A stretch of 57,801 bases of DNA, filler included, from Trypethelium eluteriae (Eukaryota), in NCBI GenBank assembly GCA_051942245.1. It is 3 parts of 3 records of this genome, joined end to end, with 100 filler letters (N's around TTAATTAATTAA, not from the genome) between each part and the next. Parts side by side here need not be neighbours in the genome. Positions count along the whole stretch, not along the records: positions 1 to 19,324 come from JAVECL010000532.1; positions 19,425 to 38,617 come from JAVECL010000533.1; 1 more part is not named here. One strand, written 5' to 3'. Both the position numbers and the translations under genes were made by a program. The notes beneath the pieces were generated by a model, which saw only the letters and a list, made by a program, of their open reading frames with translations, was not told the origin of the DNA and searched no databases. Shown piece by piece: positions 11,907-21,954 of this stretch. Every line of letters begins with the position of its first letter. Position 1 is the stretch's first letter.

Positions 11907-12690
11907 GATGTGTCAGGCTTTTTAGTCTACTAAAGACAGTATACTGTAACCAGTTTGAACAGTTGTATTAAAAAGGCGGAGATACCGTTGGTAAAGAGGA
12001 TTTTACCTCTTTATACAGCCTTGTAAAGGAATAAGCGCTTACTTCTGTTGGAAGATCAACCTGAATCCATCCTACTTAGGCTAGCGCACCTGAAACCCTA
12101 CACAAACCCCTCCGACCTAGATAGCTTCATAGAATCAAGAGACATCAATTTCAACAACTTCTAGGAATATTAAGGCTGCATGAACACTAGTTAATTTTCA
12201 TTTAAGCCAGAAAGAGTACTCTGGAACACCATAAAACAAGTCTCGCCAAGCGACCTTGCCTAAAAGCCTACAAGAGAGAAGTAGCTCTGTGACTGTAAGG
12301 TGAAGTAGTTTAAAAACTATTAGATAACACCACCGATACTGGAGACTCTTACTTTGTCGCATAATCTGATCAAATAGGATACCCACCTGTTTACTGAGAT
12401 GAACACACAGCGTCTAAAGAGACATGTATAGAAGCTCGCGAATGCTGCTTGAATATGCTTTGTCGCTTAAATATACATTGCTGGACGCGTCTTCTTTCGG
12501 GATTAAAAATGGTTCTCGTCCAGAACAAACAATAAAGCGAGAACTCGCCAATCGGCTAATTCGGTTTAATTAGAGAAGGTGAATATGATAAGCTATAAGG
12601 ATATTATGGAGGCGCGAGTGAAGCGCGCTGGGAAAGCTGAAGCCACCATGAGCAAGATAAACCGTAATTAGCAATACGTGTATCTTACAC
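11907..12690 (+). mobile_element. RIP-degraded Fot1/pogo (Tc1-mariner superfamily) DDE transposase remnant, C-terminal part
   Basis: Translation through stops: LKTVYCNQFEQLY*KGGDTVGKEDFTSLYSLVKE*ALT/SRNIKAA*...HNLIK*DTHLFTEMNTQRLKRHV*KLANAA*ICF...NNKARTRQSANSV*LEKVNMISYKDIMEARVKRA. This matches the post-catalytic region of fungal Fot1-like transposases. Stops fall where Gln/Trp/Arg codons are expected; AT-rich. Confidence 0.8.
12046..12156. mobile_element. Solo LTR, copy 2 (111 bp), nested in the transposase remnant
   Basis: TGTTGGAAG...TTTCAACA with a perfect 5-bp TSD ACTTC (12041-12045 and 12157-12161). Removing the LTR plus one TSD restores the transposase frame ALTSRNIKAA. Confidence 0.85.
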
Positions 12691-13500
12691 TAGATACGAA
12701 TGCATCAAGGCTAATAGCGCCTATCGTGCGGACGATCTAAATTTGGTACTCTTGTTACTTGAATTGATGTTATTAGGTAGATCCACACGAGTATCACACT
12801 CTTTATTATCGTATATCTTATTTAGAAATTGGCCTTTAACACACTTTCGGTATGATAAGATAGGAGCTGTAACTACCTTACCGAGGTTAAGAAGATAAAA
12901 TAACTTTTAGATAGACGACATAATACCTATTGATATTGAGTATTCCAAGCTTCCAGCATCCATCACTTGTTTTAGATCTTGGTCATCCATCATCTCGTGA
13001 ATACTTAATTCGCCTTTGTGTAATGAACGACAATCGGTTCTATAAGCCAAATTATGAATAGTCGACTTTACTTTAAGCGCAGCTCTGAGTAAGATATCGA
13101 TATTACAATTCTGAGAGATTGTGGTAGTAAACTGCGGTGACATAGAGTGCTCCTTGTATACCAAAAAAGGCAGCAGCGTATAAAAAGGGGCTTGAGTTGC
13201 GTACTCTGTAAGCACAAGGCTGACGGTAGGAAAAAGTGCATGTTAATATCAAATTACACTTCGGCTCTTAAAACGCCAGAAATAGCGGCTGTGCCATCCA
13301 CAGGCACAGAACTCTAGGCCACACTCCTTCAGTGTACTGTCTACCAACAATCTGTCGTTATAATCCAGACGCATAGATCCAGCCAATTCGTGGCTGACAT
13401 CGCAGGTATGAGGATGCGAAAGACGCGAAGGACGTGCAATTGCTACTGGTGCGGCTGTCACCTGCTGTCGCTGGATGAGGCGGCGTGCGCGGCCTCTCCT

Positions 13501-13662
13501 GCGTTGACCAGCATGGCCAAGCTGGCATCGATGTATAGGAACCAAGGCCAATGGAAAGGGGTGAAGAAGCTGGAGGTACGAGTGACGGAGACAAGAAAGA
13601 GTGTACTGGGCGAGGAGCATCCACACACGTGGAGCAGCTCAAATAACCTCGCTTTTATGTAG
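13501..13662 (+). pseudogene. Remnant of kinesin-light-chain-like TPR repeats typical of fungal NB-ARC/NACHT-TPR NLRs
   Basis: ALTSMAKLASMYRNQGQWKGVKKLEVRVTETRKSVLGEEHPHTWSSSNNLAFM matches the LGxEHPxTLTSMxNLASTYRNQGRW repeat. Only about 1.3 repeats remain and no upstream NBD is visible. Confidence 0.75.
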
Positions 13663-13759
13663 AAAGAGTAAAGTTGACAGATAGATCAAAGATGAAGAAA
13701 AAATTGAGCTCCCTAGACATCGAGTTTCAGAGTTTGAGAGCTCGAATATGGAAAATTTA

Positions 13760-14740
13760 CTATGCATTTTCGAGAATGCTTTCGCTTAGGGGTACCTTTC
13801 GTTTCGTAGGAGGGACGTTACTATCTTGAGATACTCTGACCGGCGCTCTCCAATCTATCCGCAACAAGCTCAGAAATCTAGGCCGAGGGGCCGACCAGCG
13901 GCACGGTAGCCACAAAAGGTCCAGTGTGAAGTACGATATGGTCAGACCATAAAACGTTTCAAGACCACTTTCCGCTGCGTTAACAGCAATTCCTGCGAAA
14001 GCATTCAAAATGTCATTATCATTGGTAAAGTTTCGGTCAATGTAAGTCTGTAGGTAGTCTTGGTTGCGAGGATGGGTCCGATCGCTGAATCTGTGGTGGA
14101 CGCCTAGAGAATCCCAATTCATTTGGTGGTCGCCTATATCAGCCTGATAGTACCCGAACTCCAGTGGAAATTGTTCCTGAGCGATGTTCTCGCGGCATCG
14201 TACGGTATTGCATCGATACTTATTTTGTCCTCCAAAGAAAATAAGTCGACGTTTCGCAAAGTACTCCTGATACCTAGAATGCAGTCAAAAGCACAGCTCA
14301 AATGTTGCGCATGGTACAGTACTTACATCCATGCTCTCTTCGCCTAGGCTGAATCCTTGATACCTAGATAATGCAGAGGGAAGATAAGAGTCAATCCATT
14401 GGCAACTGAGATAACCTCTTGTTGCATTCGGCGAGGAGATGAAACAGCGGGAAGACCAGCATTCGCGTTTGAGCCAGTAGCTGCAGAGATAGTCAGGAAT
14501 GCATGCTGATAGATGGTGTGCACATGGCTCACCGTGCACTGCTTCATCATCCGAGATGATGCAGTAGAGTAAACATTGATCCACAGATAATGTTGCCCGC
14601 AAGATCTTGCAAGAGTCATCGCATCAGGAATGGGTTTGAGCAAAATCCTATGAATTGGTCTTAAGGCCATCAGATAGGCAAGACTCTTGGAGATTCACAA
14701 GACTTCGAGAGAATTCAGCCTCTCCCCATACGCCGCCGTA
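13760..14740 (-). pseudogene. Frameshifted HET-domain pseudogene
   Basis: Fragments in different frames: GVWGE, IPDAMTLARSCGQHYLWINVY, HTIYQHAFLTISAATGSNANAGLPAV, *AKRAWM, and YLQTYIDRNFTNDNDILNAFAGI...FYGL...FTLDLLW. They follow the same motif order as the intact HET gene at 9320-11686. Confidence 0.8.
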
Positions 14741-14954
14741 CCTTCATGCCGACTGTTGTGACGTTATGAACCTCGAGTTTCAGGAAAACCTTGGGATGCC
14801 TGATGAGAGACCATAACATGGTGTAGATTATGACTGAAGCCAACTCTTCGGGCCATACTTGCATGACACGCTGGATAACTCGAGGTTTGAGCGTGTGAGC
14901 TCTGACTTTGCCCTCACGCTAAGCCGTGTTCGACTCGCGACATCCTGTAGCTTC

Positions 14955-17717
14955 CTACATACTGGACGCATGATTGTGGTCACTAACATAACGTTCTATT
15001 ACCGCTCCGTGCTGAAGAAGGATGCTTACGATTGTCTGGTGTCTTTGACTATTCGCTGCCTGGAGTGCACTACCAAACATGCCGCCTCGAGCATTAACGT
15101 CGGCTCCTTTCTCCAGGAGCATCTTCACTATCTCTTGCTGCCCCTTGTATAAAGCCGCCTGGAGTGCATTATAGCACGCGCCACCTTGAGCATTAACATC
15201 GGCTCCTTTCTCCATAAGTATCTTCACTATCTCTTGCTGCCCCGTATATGAAGCTGCCTGGAGTGCATTACCGTGGTAGCCGCCTTGGATATTGACGTTG
15301 GCTCCAGGTCCAGACAAAAGGCTCATGGAAAGCCTTTGATATCTATTTGCACATAGTGTATAGAGCAGTGCCGGGTCCTTACTGACAAACAAGCCATGGT
15401 TTCTTAGATATAGGTCATCCACTGATTGAATGAACTTCTTCCAAACTTCGAACCAGTTGCCGTTGCATTCTTGCAACCATTGCCAGACTTCAAATTTCTG
15501 GGCTGGAAAATGAGGTAGATCATGGAACCTAGTTCTGTCATCAGGGAGTGCCTTGTTTGCAAAGTTGAACACGGAAGCCATTGCATATTCCATAAACGGA
15601 TATGTATCGCGCACTTCGGCAATCGGTTTTCTGCTTATCCACGTCATATCCATCAATCTGATGTACTCCCGACAACAAGACCACAGCCGTTGGTGACTGG
15701 CGCAGCCAGGGTCTGGCTTCAGCGTCGGATCAAGCTTCTGCAGGCGTTGGTTTCGCAGAAGAAAGTCATTGACCGATTGATGGATAAATTGCACCGTCGA
15801 CCTAGCTCCTGGTCTGACCTCGATAAGTCCTTTTGAGGAATCTGTGATACGTCTCTGAATGATTTTGTCCGTGGGCCTAGTATGATGCCTCTGCTGTATC
15901 AGCTGCGGAGCTGCTTTCGTCATCACAGCCCAAAAAAGCTCTTTCGGGTTAAGCGGATTGGGACTGAACAATACCCACTGCAGCATGAGCACTGTCTCAG
16001 CTTTGTGTGTTTCATCTTTGGCCAGCATGGCGTCAAACACCTTTTCCAGATCGCAGGGTAGATCATCTAGCATCTTCTGTGTCTCTTCGACCCGACCAGC
16101 GCGAGTTGCCTTGTTGAGCATGGCAACGACAAGAACAGCCCACAGAAATACCCCGTCTGCTTTTCTCTCGATTACATGCCCAGCCTCCTCGTTCTCTATA
16201 TCTAGCTTGTCAGAAACGTATTTGACGATATCTTGCCGGTGCTTTTCGCTGCTTTCCACAATTAATTCAAGCTTCTTCTTTATGTCGATCAAAGGGTAGT
16301 GACGGCTTGAGAGACAGATTCTGAGAGTGGACTTCGATCGAGTAGCCTTGATGCTCAACATCTCAAGCATATCAACAACATCGCCCACATCTGCATTACC
16401 ACACTCGTCGAGCGCGTCAACAAATAGAAGAGTCGGCTTCGAATGCCGTTGCTTGATCTCAGAAATGATGAACTCGCGCAAGTCTGATGTCCGCCATTCC
16501 AGCTCTCCAGCTTCGTACATTGTCTGCTTCTCGTGGAAGCGTAGGATGAAGCGATCACGAATGGCATTATCTCCCTGCATGAGCTGATATACGATAGACC
16601 GCAACAGTCCTAACGCAGTCTTCTCCAGTCGCTCACCCCGAGCATTAAAGAAATATGCCAACATCAGCTGGTCACCAAATTCCTCCTTACAATAGTTTAG
16701 AGCGTGCTTCATCAGCGTCGATTTCCCAGCTCCTGGCTTCCCCTTGAGCCAGAGTACTCCATTATGGTCTGCTAGGTCGGTCTGGTCTCGCCATTTGCGG
16801 AACTCTGTCGTCTCGAACAGCCACTCGCATGTGTCGGGGTGGGCAGAGGCTATGTCGTTCTGCCGAGCATCGAGGGTCAGGAAGCCAAGAGAGCGAAGGC
16901 AAGCTGTATGATTCTCTTCGATGATCCGCTCGTAGCCTTCATGTCTGACAAAGGGATTCTTTTGCGATTGCTCCGTTTGCGCTTCTATCTCTTTCATAAG
17001 GCGTTTACTTGCGTGGTGTTCTCCCTCGCCATATATTAGTGGCAAGGAGACGTCGAAGATTCCCAGCAAACAGTAAATCCTATCTTCCTCCACTGTTGTC
17101 ATGCGCTTCGTAGCCCAGCTTATACGATCATCAATACTGAACTCCTCGAGGCTGTATTTCGTTAGCGCTCTGATGGGGATTCTCGTAGCCTCGTAAATTC
17201 CTTGTTCCAGCGATATCTTATTGCCCAACTTCTTGCCATTTGCAGAGAAAAACTCGACAGTGGCCGGTGCAAGGAGCTCCTGCAATGTCCAGCCTCGAGA
17301 AAACCACCTACTCGTCCGAAAAGCGTGTCCCCAAGTGATCGGGAATGCTTGAGCATCAACAAGCTCATCTGGGACATGTACGTCTGCGAGATACACATAA
17401 CATTTGGTTGCCTGCCGATACCAGCGAAACATGCTGTTGATAGCCGTATTGAGCTCGTTGACGTCATGCTTATTGATACAGCACGTATCTACCCAGAAGT
17501 ATCGAAGCCCATCCGCAGCCGCCTGCTTCTGGCAAAAACGTATCTTATCATAGCCAGCCTTATTCTCGATAGTACCGCTTCCCAAATCTTGAAAGCTGAC
17601 CTCCTGGCTGTTATCTGTGCGCCATGTATGAGACAGTATTGCGTAGTCGGGGACATTACCGCGGTCGAAGGTGCGTAGGATGACTTTATGGTCGTCGTCT
17701 TCCGTTAAGAGGCGCAT
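14955..17717 (-). CDS. Fungal NLR: HET - NACHT - ankyrin repeats (HET-E-like N-terminus)
   Basis: Intronless 920-aa ORF. HET motifs YAILSHTW, YFWVDTCCINK, INSMFRWY and WFSRGWTLQELLAP; Walker A LWLKGKPGAGKSTLMK; Walker B LLFVDALDEC; ICLSSRH; KADGVFLWAVLV; three C-terminal ANK repeats (GADVNAQGG..NALQAA). Confidence 0.95.
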   Translation of the reverse strand: MRLLTEDDDHKVILRTFDRGNVPDYAILSHTWRTDNSQEVSFQDLGSGTIENKAGYDKIRFCQKQAAADGLRYFWVDTCCINKHDVNELNTAINSMFRWYRQATKCYVYLADVHVPDELVDAQAFPITWGHAFRTSRWFSRGWTLQELLAPATVEFFSANGKKLGNKISLEQGIYEATRIPIRALTKYSLEEFSIDDRISWATKRMTTVEEDRIYCLLGIFDVSLPLIYGEGEHHASKRLMKEIEAQTEQSQKNPFVRHEGYERIIEENHTACLRSLGFLTLDARQNDIASAHPDTCEWLFETTEFRKWRDQTDLADHNGVLWLKGKPGAGKSTLMKHALNYCKEEFGDQLMLAYFFNARGERLEKTALGLLRSIVYQLMQGDNAIRDRFILRFHEKQTMYEAGELEWRTSDLREFIISEIKQRHSKPTLLFVDALDECGNADVGDVVDMLEMLSIKATRSKSTLRICLSSRHYPLIDIKKKLELIVESSEKHRQDIVKYVSDKLDIENEEAGHVIERKADGVFLWAVLVVAMLNKATRAGRVEETQKMLDDLPCDLEKVFDAMLAKDETHKAETVLMLQWVLFSPNPLNPKELFWAVMTKAAPQLIQQRHHTRPTDKIIQRRITDSSKGLIEVRPGARSTVQFIHQSVNDFLLRNQRLQKLDPTLKPDPGCASHQRLWSCCREYIRLMDMTWISRKPIAEVRDTYPFMEYAMASVFNFANKALPDDRTRFHDLPHFPAQKFEVWQWLQECNGNWFEVWKKFIQSVDDLYLRNHGLFVSKDPALLYTLCANRYQRLSMSLLSGPGANVNIQGGYHGNALQAASYTGQQEIVKILMEKGADVNAQGGACYNALQAALYKGQQEIVKMLLEKGADVNARGGMFGSALQAANSQRHQTIVSILLQHGAVIERYVSDHNHASSM
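15092..15289 (-). repeat. Two tandem 99-bp ankyrin-coding repeats (a third, more diverged copy flanks them)
   Basis: Units start CATTAAC at 15092 and 15191; 81 of 99 positions are identical by hand count. Confidence 0.85.
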
Positions 17718-18754
17718 TGCGGAGGATGCATGAGAGCAGGTTTAATAGATACAGGTGTCAGTGAGTCTGGTGAGCTGTCATACAGCTCTTAAACACACTT
17801 GACGGTGGCGTGCCCTGTAAAGGCCCATAGATCATATCTGCTTCTGACTGGTGATGCAGCCTTAGATAGGTATTGAGTACAGGGCACGTAGTCGGCACTC
17901 CGAGGCGCAGATGTGGGATTGCGACCGCCACAGTGACGTACCGTACTCAACTAAGCAGTATCTGCACGCTGCTATGACCTTGTATTTACTTGTTATTTTA
18001 CACTTATCAATACTGGAGACATTAGAATAGAGAATTGAAAGACTATTTTGCGATCGTGCTTATCACAGAAGCGCGCGTTCTCTATTCAGCGACTTGGTTG
18101 CAGGGCTGGAAGGATATGTTGTCCAGTAATGTCAATTCGACAACCACAACCTTTACCATGAATGACTCACGGTTTCTGCTGAACGGCATAGTATATAAGC
18201 ACGCCCTAGCTCACGGTACAATGTTGCACTTTAGGAATCAACAGCCACCGCAGATGTTCTGGTTGAGTTTTAAGAAATAGGGGAAGGGGTAACAAGAATG
18301 GCCTGTTCGTTAGGTTTTAGCTCAGTCCATTGTCAGCCTAGTGCTTGTCCCGGAACGCAGAGCAGTTCTGTGTCAGCCAGGAGAAATTAGACTAGGCGTA
18401 GCTACGCCTCTGGCAGCCACAAGCTTGGCATAACATTATTCAAAATGAATTACACAGTAATGAATGGATTGGACGTGTGGGTGGCGTTCGGAGGTGATTA
18501 GAATCGTAACACATGGTTTAGACTACCGATCAGCGTGGTGATATTGTATGAATGATCCTCATACGGCAACCACAGGGCTGATAAAAAGTTCTTTGCGTAA
18601 TGCAGAGGCTCTCAGGCTCGAATACTGCTAGTCTATAAGTTTGAGGAAGGATGACAGCTCGGGAAAGAGCGGGAAAGATCGGCTTCAAGGATCAAAAACT
18701 CAAAAGTCGGTAGCGGCCGTTGCCAAGCTACTAGTAACTGATGCCAGCAAGGGC

Positions 18755-19324
18755 ATGATGGCACTTGACCGTTCTGCAATTGAATACGCTTTCTACGTTC
18801 TTGTCGCAGCCTCTATCTACCTTGCCGTCGGCGCACCAGGTCTGCCCCCAAACCTCCTTCAACTTCACTCCTCTAACCCCGACGGCATCCCAATATCACA
18901 AAGCCAAATCGAAGCACTAGTTCATCCCGACCCAAGTCTCGACTGCTCCCCTCATTCCCATACCATTCACATCCTCTCATCCCATCCCCTGATCATCTAC
19001 ATCGAGAACTTCCTCTCCCCCTCCGAATCCGCACACCTCATCTCCCTCAGCGAACCCCGCTGGGAACCCTCCACCATCTTCAACGGCGACGCCGAAATCC
19101 ACGACCCCACCATCCGCAACTCCTCCAAAGCCCTCCTCCCCCGCGACACCACCGTCCAATGCATCGAACAGCGCGCCCTCAGCCTCCAGGGCTGGCCCCG
19201 CCACACCTTTATCGAGCGTCTCTGGACGCAGGCGTACGGTGAAGGGGGCCACTACACGCACCACTTCGACTGGGGCATCGCGACCAAGCACGCGCGTCGT
19301 GTGAGCAGCTTCATGGTGTACCTG
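18755..19324 (+). CDS. Prolyl 4-hydroxylase-like 2OG-Fe(II) oxygenase, truncated by assembly gap
   Basis: N-terminal hydrophobic anchor, PLIIYIENFLSPSESAHLI, TVQCIEQRA, HxD motif HYTHHFDW, RVSSFMVYL, then Ns. Confidence 0.85.
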
Positions 19325-19424
19325 NNNNNNNNNNNNNNNNNNNNNNNNNNNNNNNNNNNNNNNNNNNNTTAATTAATTAANNNNNNNNNNNNNNNNNNNN
19401 NNNNNNNNNNNNNNNNNNNNNNNN
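19325..19424. other. Artificial contig linker (N-TTAATTAATTAA-N)
   Basis: 100-nt N block containing a 12-mer that places stop codons in all six frames; an identical block occurs at 38618-38717. Confidence 0.95.
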
Positions 19425-19573
19425 TAACATATGTATCCCCCCTTTTCCAAGTGGGTCCAATAGCTTCACGGACCGTTGGCCCAGAAACACCCCAGCTACC
19501 CATCAACTTTCAACTTCGAAGCCCTTCCACCCCAATCTCATCATCAACTAACATCATGGCCTTCCATCTACAG

Positions 19574-20531
19574 TTACCGTGAGCCCTACCGTCGTTACGC
19601 TGAGGCTCAGATCGACGTCGAGGATCGTGAGTACGACCGTGAACGCGGGCACCGAAGCACACATCGCCCAGGTGTTCACTTCGCCGAATCCGAACTCGAC
19701 ATAACTGAACGCGACTACCGCCAACGCTCTCGGCCCGCCCCAGTCGCTGAGGCTTACCCTGAGCGAGACTACCCCGAAACCCGCGAGGAAGTTCGCGTCG
19801 AAGAGACCCGGACTACCGTTGACCCACCCCATCACCACCACCGCTCTGATATGGGATATTACGACGAAGACGGCCACTACCACTCATTCCGTCACGGTCT
19901 ACAACGCGCCACCGACCGCGTCCTCCACCCATCCCGTCCCCACCATCACCACCATCACCACCGTTACGACCACAACGACCGCGAGGAAGACATTGTCGTA
20001 GACCGCGTCGAACGCACCGAACGCATCGTCGAGCCCGAAATGCCTCGCTACTCTGAACGCTACTCCTCGGAGCGGGTTCACCCCCCCAACACCATCACCA
20101 TCCCCTGCCATCACATCCGCATCGGCGACTTGGTCATCCTGCAAGGTCGTCCTTGCCAGGTCATCCGCATCACCACGTCCGCCCAGACGGGCCAGCACCG
20201 CTACCTCGGTGTCGACCTCTTCACCAAGCAGCTCCATGAAGAGTCGTCGTTCGTCTCGAACCCGTCGCCTTCCGTCATCGTCCAGAACATGCTAGGCCCG
20301 GTGTTCAAGCAGTACCGTGTCTTGGATATCCGTGATGATGGACGTGTTGTTGCCATGACTGAGACGGGCGATGTCAAGCAGGGGCTTCCTGTGATTGACC
20401 AGTCGGGTCTGCATCATCGTCTCCGTGACTCCTTTGATAATGGACGCGGAAGTGTGCGTGTGCTTGTCATTAATGATGAGGGCCGTGAGCTTGCGGTGGA
20501 CTATAAGGTGGTGCATGGGTCAAGATTGTAA
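19574..20531 (+). CDS. hex-1: Woronin body major protein Hex1 (eIF5A-like fold, PTS1); the 5' exon of the long form lies in the gap
   Basis: MGYYDEDGHYHSFRHG at 19851, TITIPCHHIRIGDLVILQGRPCQVIRITTS, RYLGVDLFTKQLHEESSF and C-terminal peroxisomal SRL. A branch site/acceptor CTAAC...CTACAG ends at 19573. Confidence 0.97.
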
Positions 20532-21032
20532 ACGAATGCTCAGCAGCACAGCTCAGGGATTGGACAATGTTGGATGTATGCAGCCATACGCGATGCCTTT
20601 GTTTGCTTTGGTTTCGATGAAATTTGTATCTATTATCTTTGAAAAGGGTGTTTCTGGAGGTCTACCATGTGCCAAGGTCGATCATGGTCTGCCAAGCTAG
20701 CCTGCGGATGACGAAGAAGTATTGTGCTATATGGGGAAGGATGGAGACGGGGGAGCAGTGCCTTTGATGTCGTTCTCAGTCACATGCAGTAGTGGTACAT
20801 AGCGAAAATTGGAGAAGCAAGTTAGAGTACTTTTACGGTCCATGGCAGATATTCTTGGTACCAGGCGTCCTGTGGTCCCAAGAATTCGAGTTCTCGCTAT
20901 ATTCATCTCCTAATTGCATGGTCGGCAGCGGCCGATGTGATGATACCCAGCCCAGCAAGACATGCTGCCTCGACGCCCAGCTCTCATCTGACCCATGCTG
21001 TCTTCTTCACTTCCATTCCATTCTGTCCCTGG

Positions 21033-21660
21033 AATGAGCTTCCGAGACAGCTGGTTTATCTATCTTGTCCAAAGGTAAGCATTATGACGGTGAAGATCTG
21101 CTGCTTCTGCTGCGTCAAGGTTTTAGTCCGCTCGCTAGTCGATGGGACGTCAATCTCCTCGTCCGCGATGTTAAGAACAAAATGGGGACTCAACCAGTAG
21201 ACATCCCGACTGTCTATACTGGCTCAAGAACTATGGAATAGTGCCCTCCCTTATAGCAATTGACTAAGTCTACTATATCATCTCAAGGGTTGTCGTTTCA
21301 AGTTGTCCAACCGACCACGTTTTTCAGCTCCTCTCCCGCGAGGCGATGTCAACATGCCCAATACGACGGCTTTATCGTTGAACAGCAGGTACCCGAACTT
21401 ATTCTTGAAGCAGCTGTGTACGATCTGCTGCAGTACGAGCCCCCTATAGGGGCCTCGCGCTTGTCACCTTCACACTGGGAGAGTCTTAGAGACATCGCGG
21501 GCCGTTGTTTACATGGTTTCGAACGAGCAGATGGAATTACGCTTGACTGGCATACTCCGAAGACCTAATGAGAAGGTGCAGCAATCTCAGCTCGACAAGA
21601 TCATTCAGTAGCTGATCGTTCCTATAAGGATTGACCCCACTTTCAGCCAGGGTTGCGGAT
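21033..21660 (+). pseudogene. Frameshifted remnant of an uncharacterised fungal protein family (possibly kinase/APH-like fold)
   Basis: Protein-like fragments in shifting frames: KGKHYDGEDLLLLLRQGFSPLASRWDVNLLVRDVKNKMGTQPVDIPTVYTGS, then RGDVNMPN/YDGFIVEQQVPELILEAAVYDLLQYEP...DIAGRCLHGFERADG. Family recalled from memory only. Confidence 0.45.
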
Positions 21661-21954
21661 GTTTCCTACAGCTACGCCCAACATGAGACCAACATATCAA
21701 GGACACGTTGTGTATATCATTTCGCAGCTGATCTGATCAGATCATTTGGGCACGGGTCAGTCTCAGCGAAGCGAAGCCCGACTTTGGTCTCGCGCCATTG
21801 CTGCCTAGCTCAAGCACTGGATGTCTTGCACTGGGCTTGGCGAGGTGCGACCTTAGCATCATTCCACTTTGTGCCAAGGCATGGTCAAGAGAATGGTCTT
21901 CAGCGGCCAAGAGCACGCACTTGAAGCCGTGTCGAAGCCGTTTGAAAGCACACT

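Noticed and set aside
8526..12156. A single LTR retroelement that captured the HET gene between its two LTRs
   Set aside because: Each LTR has its own TSD (GATAA/AATAA and ACTTC/ACTTC), the outer flanks do not match each other, and the second LTR interrupts a transposase frame. These are independent insertions.
19369..19380. TTAATTAATTAA as a piggyBac TTAA site or regulatory palindrome
   Set aside because: It is embedded in Ns and repeated identically at the other gap; it is an assembly linker.
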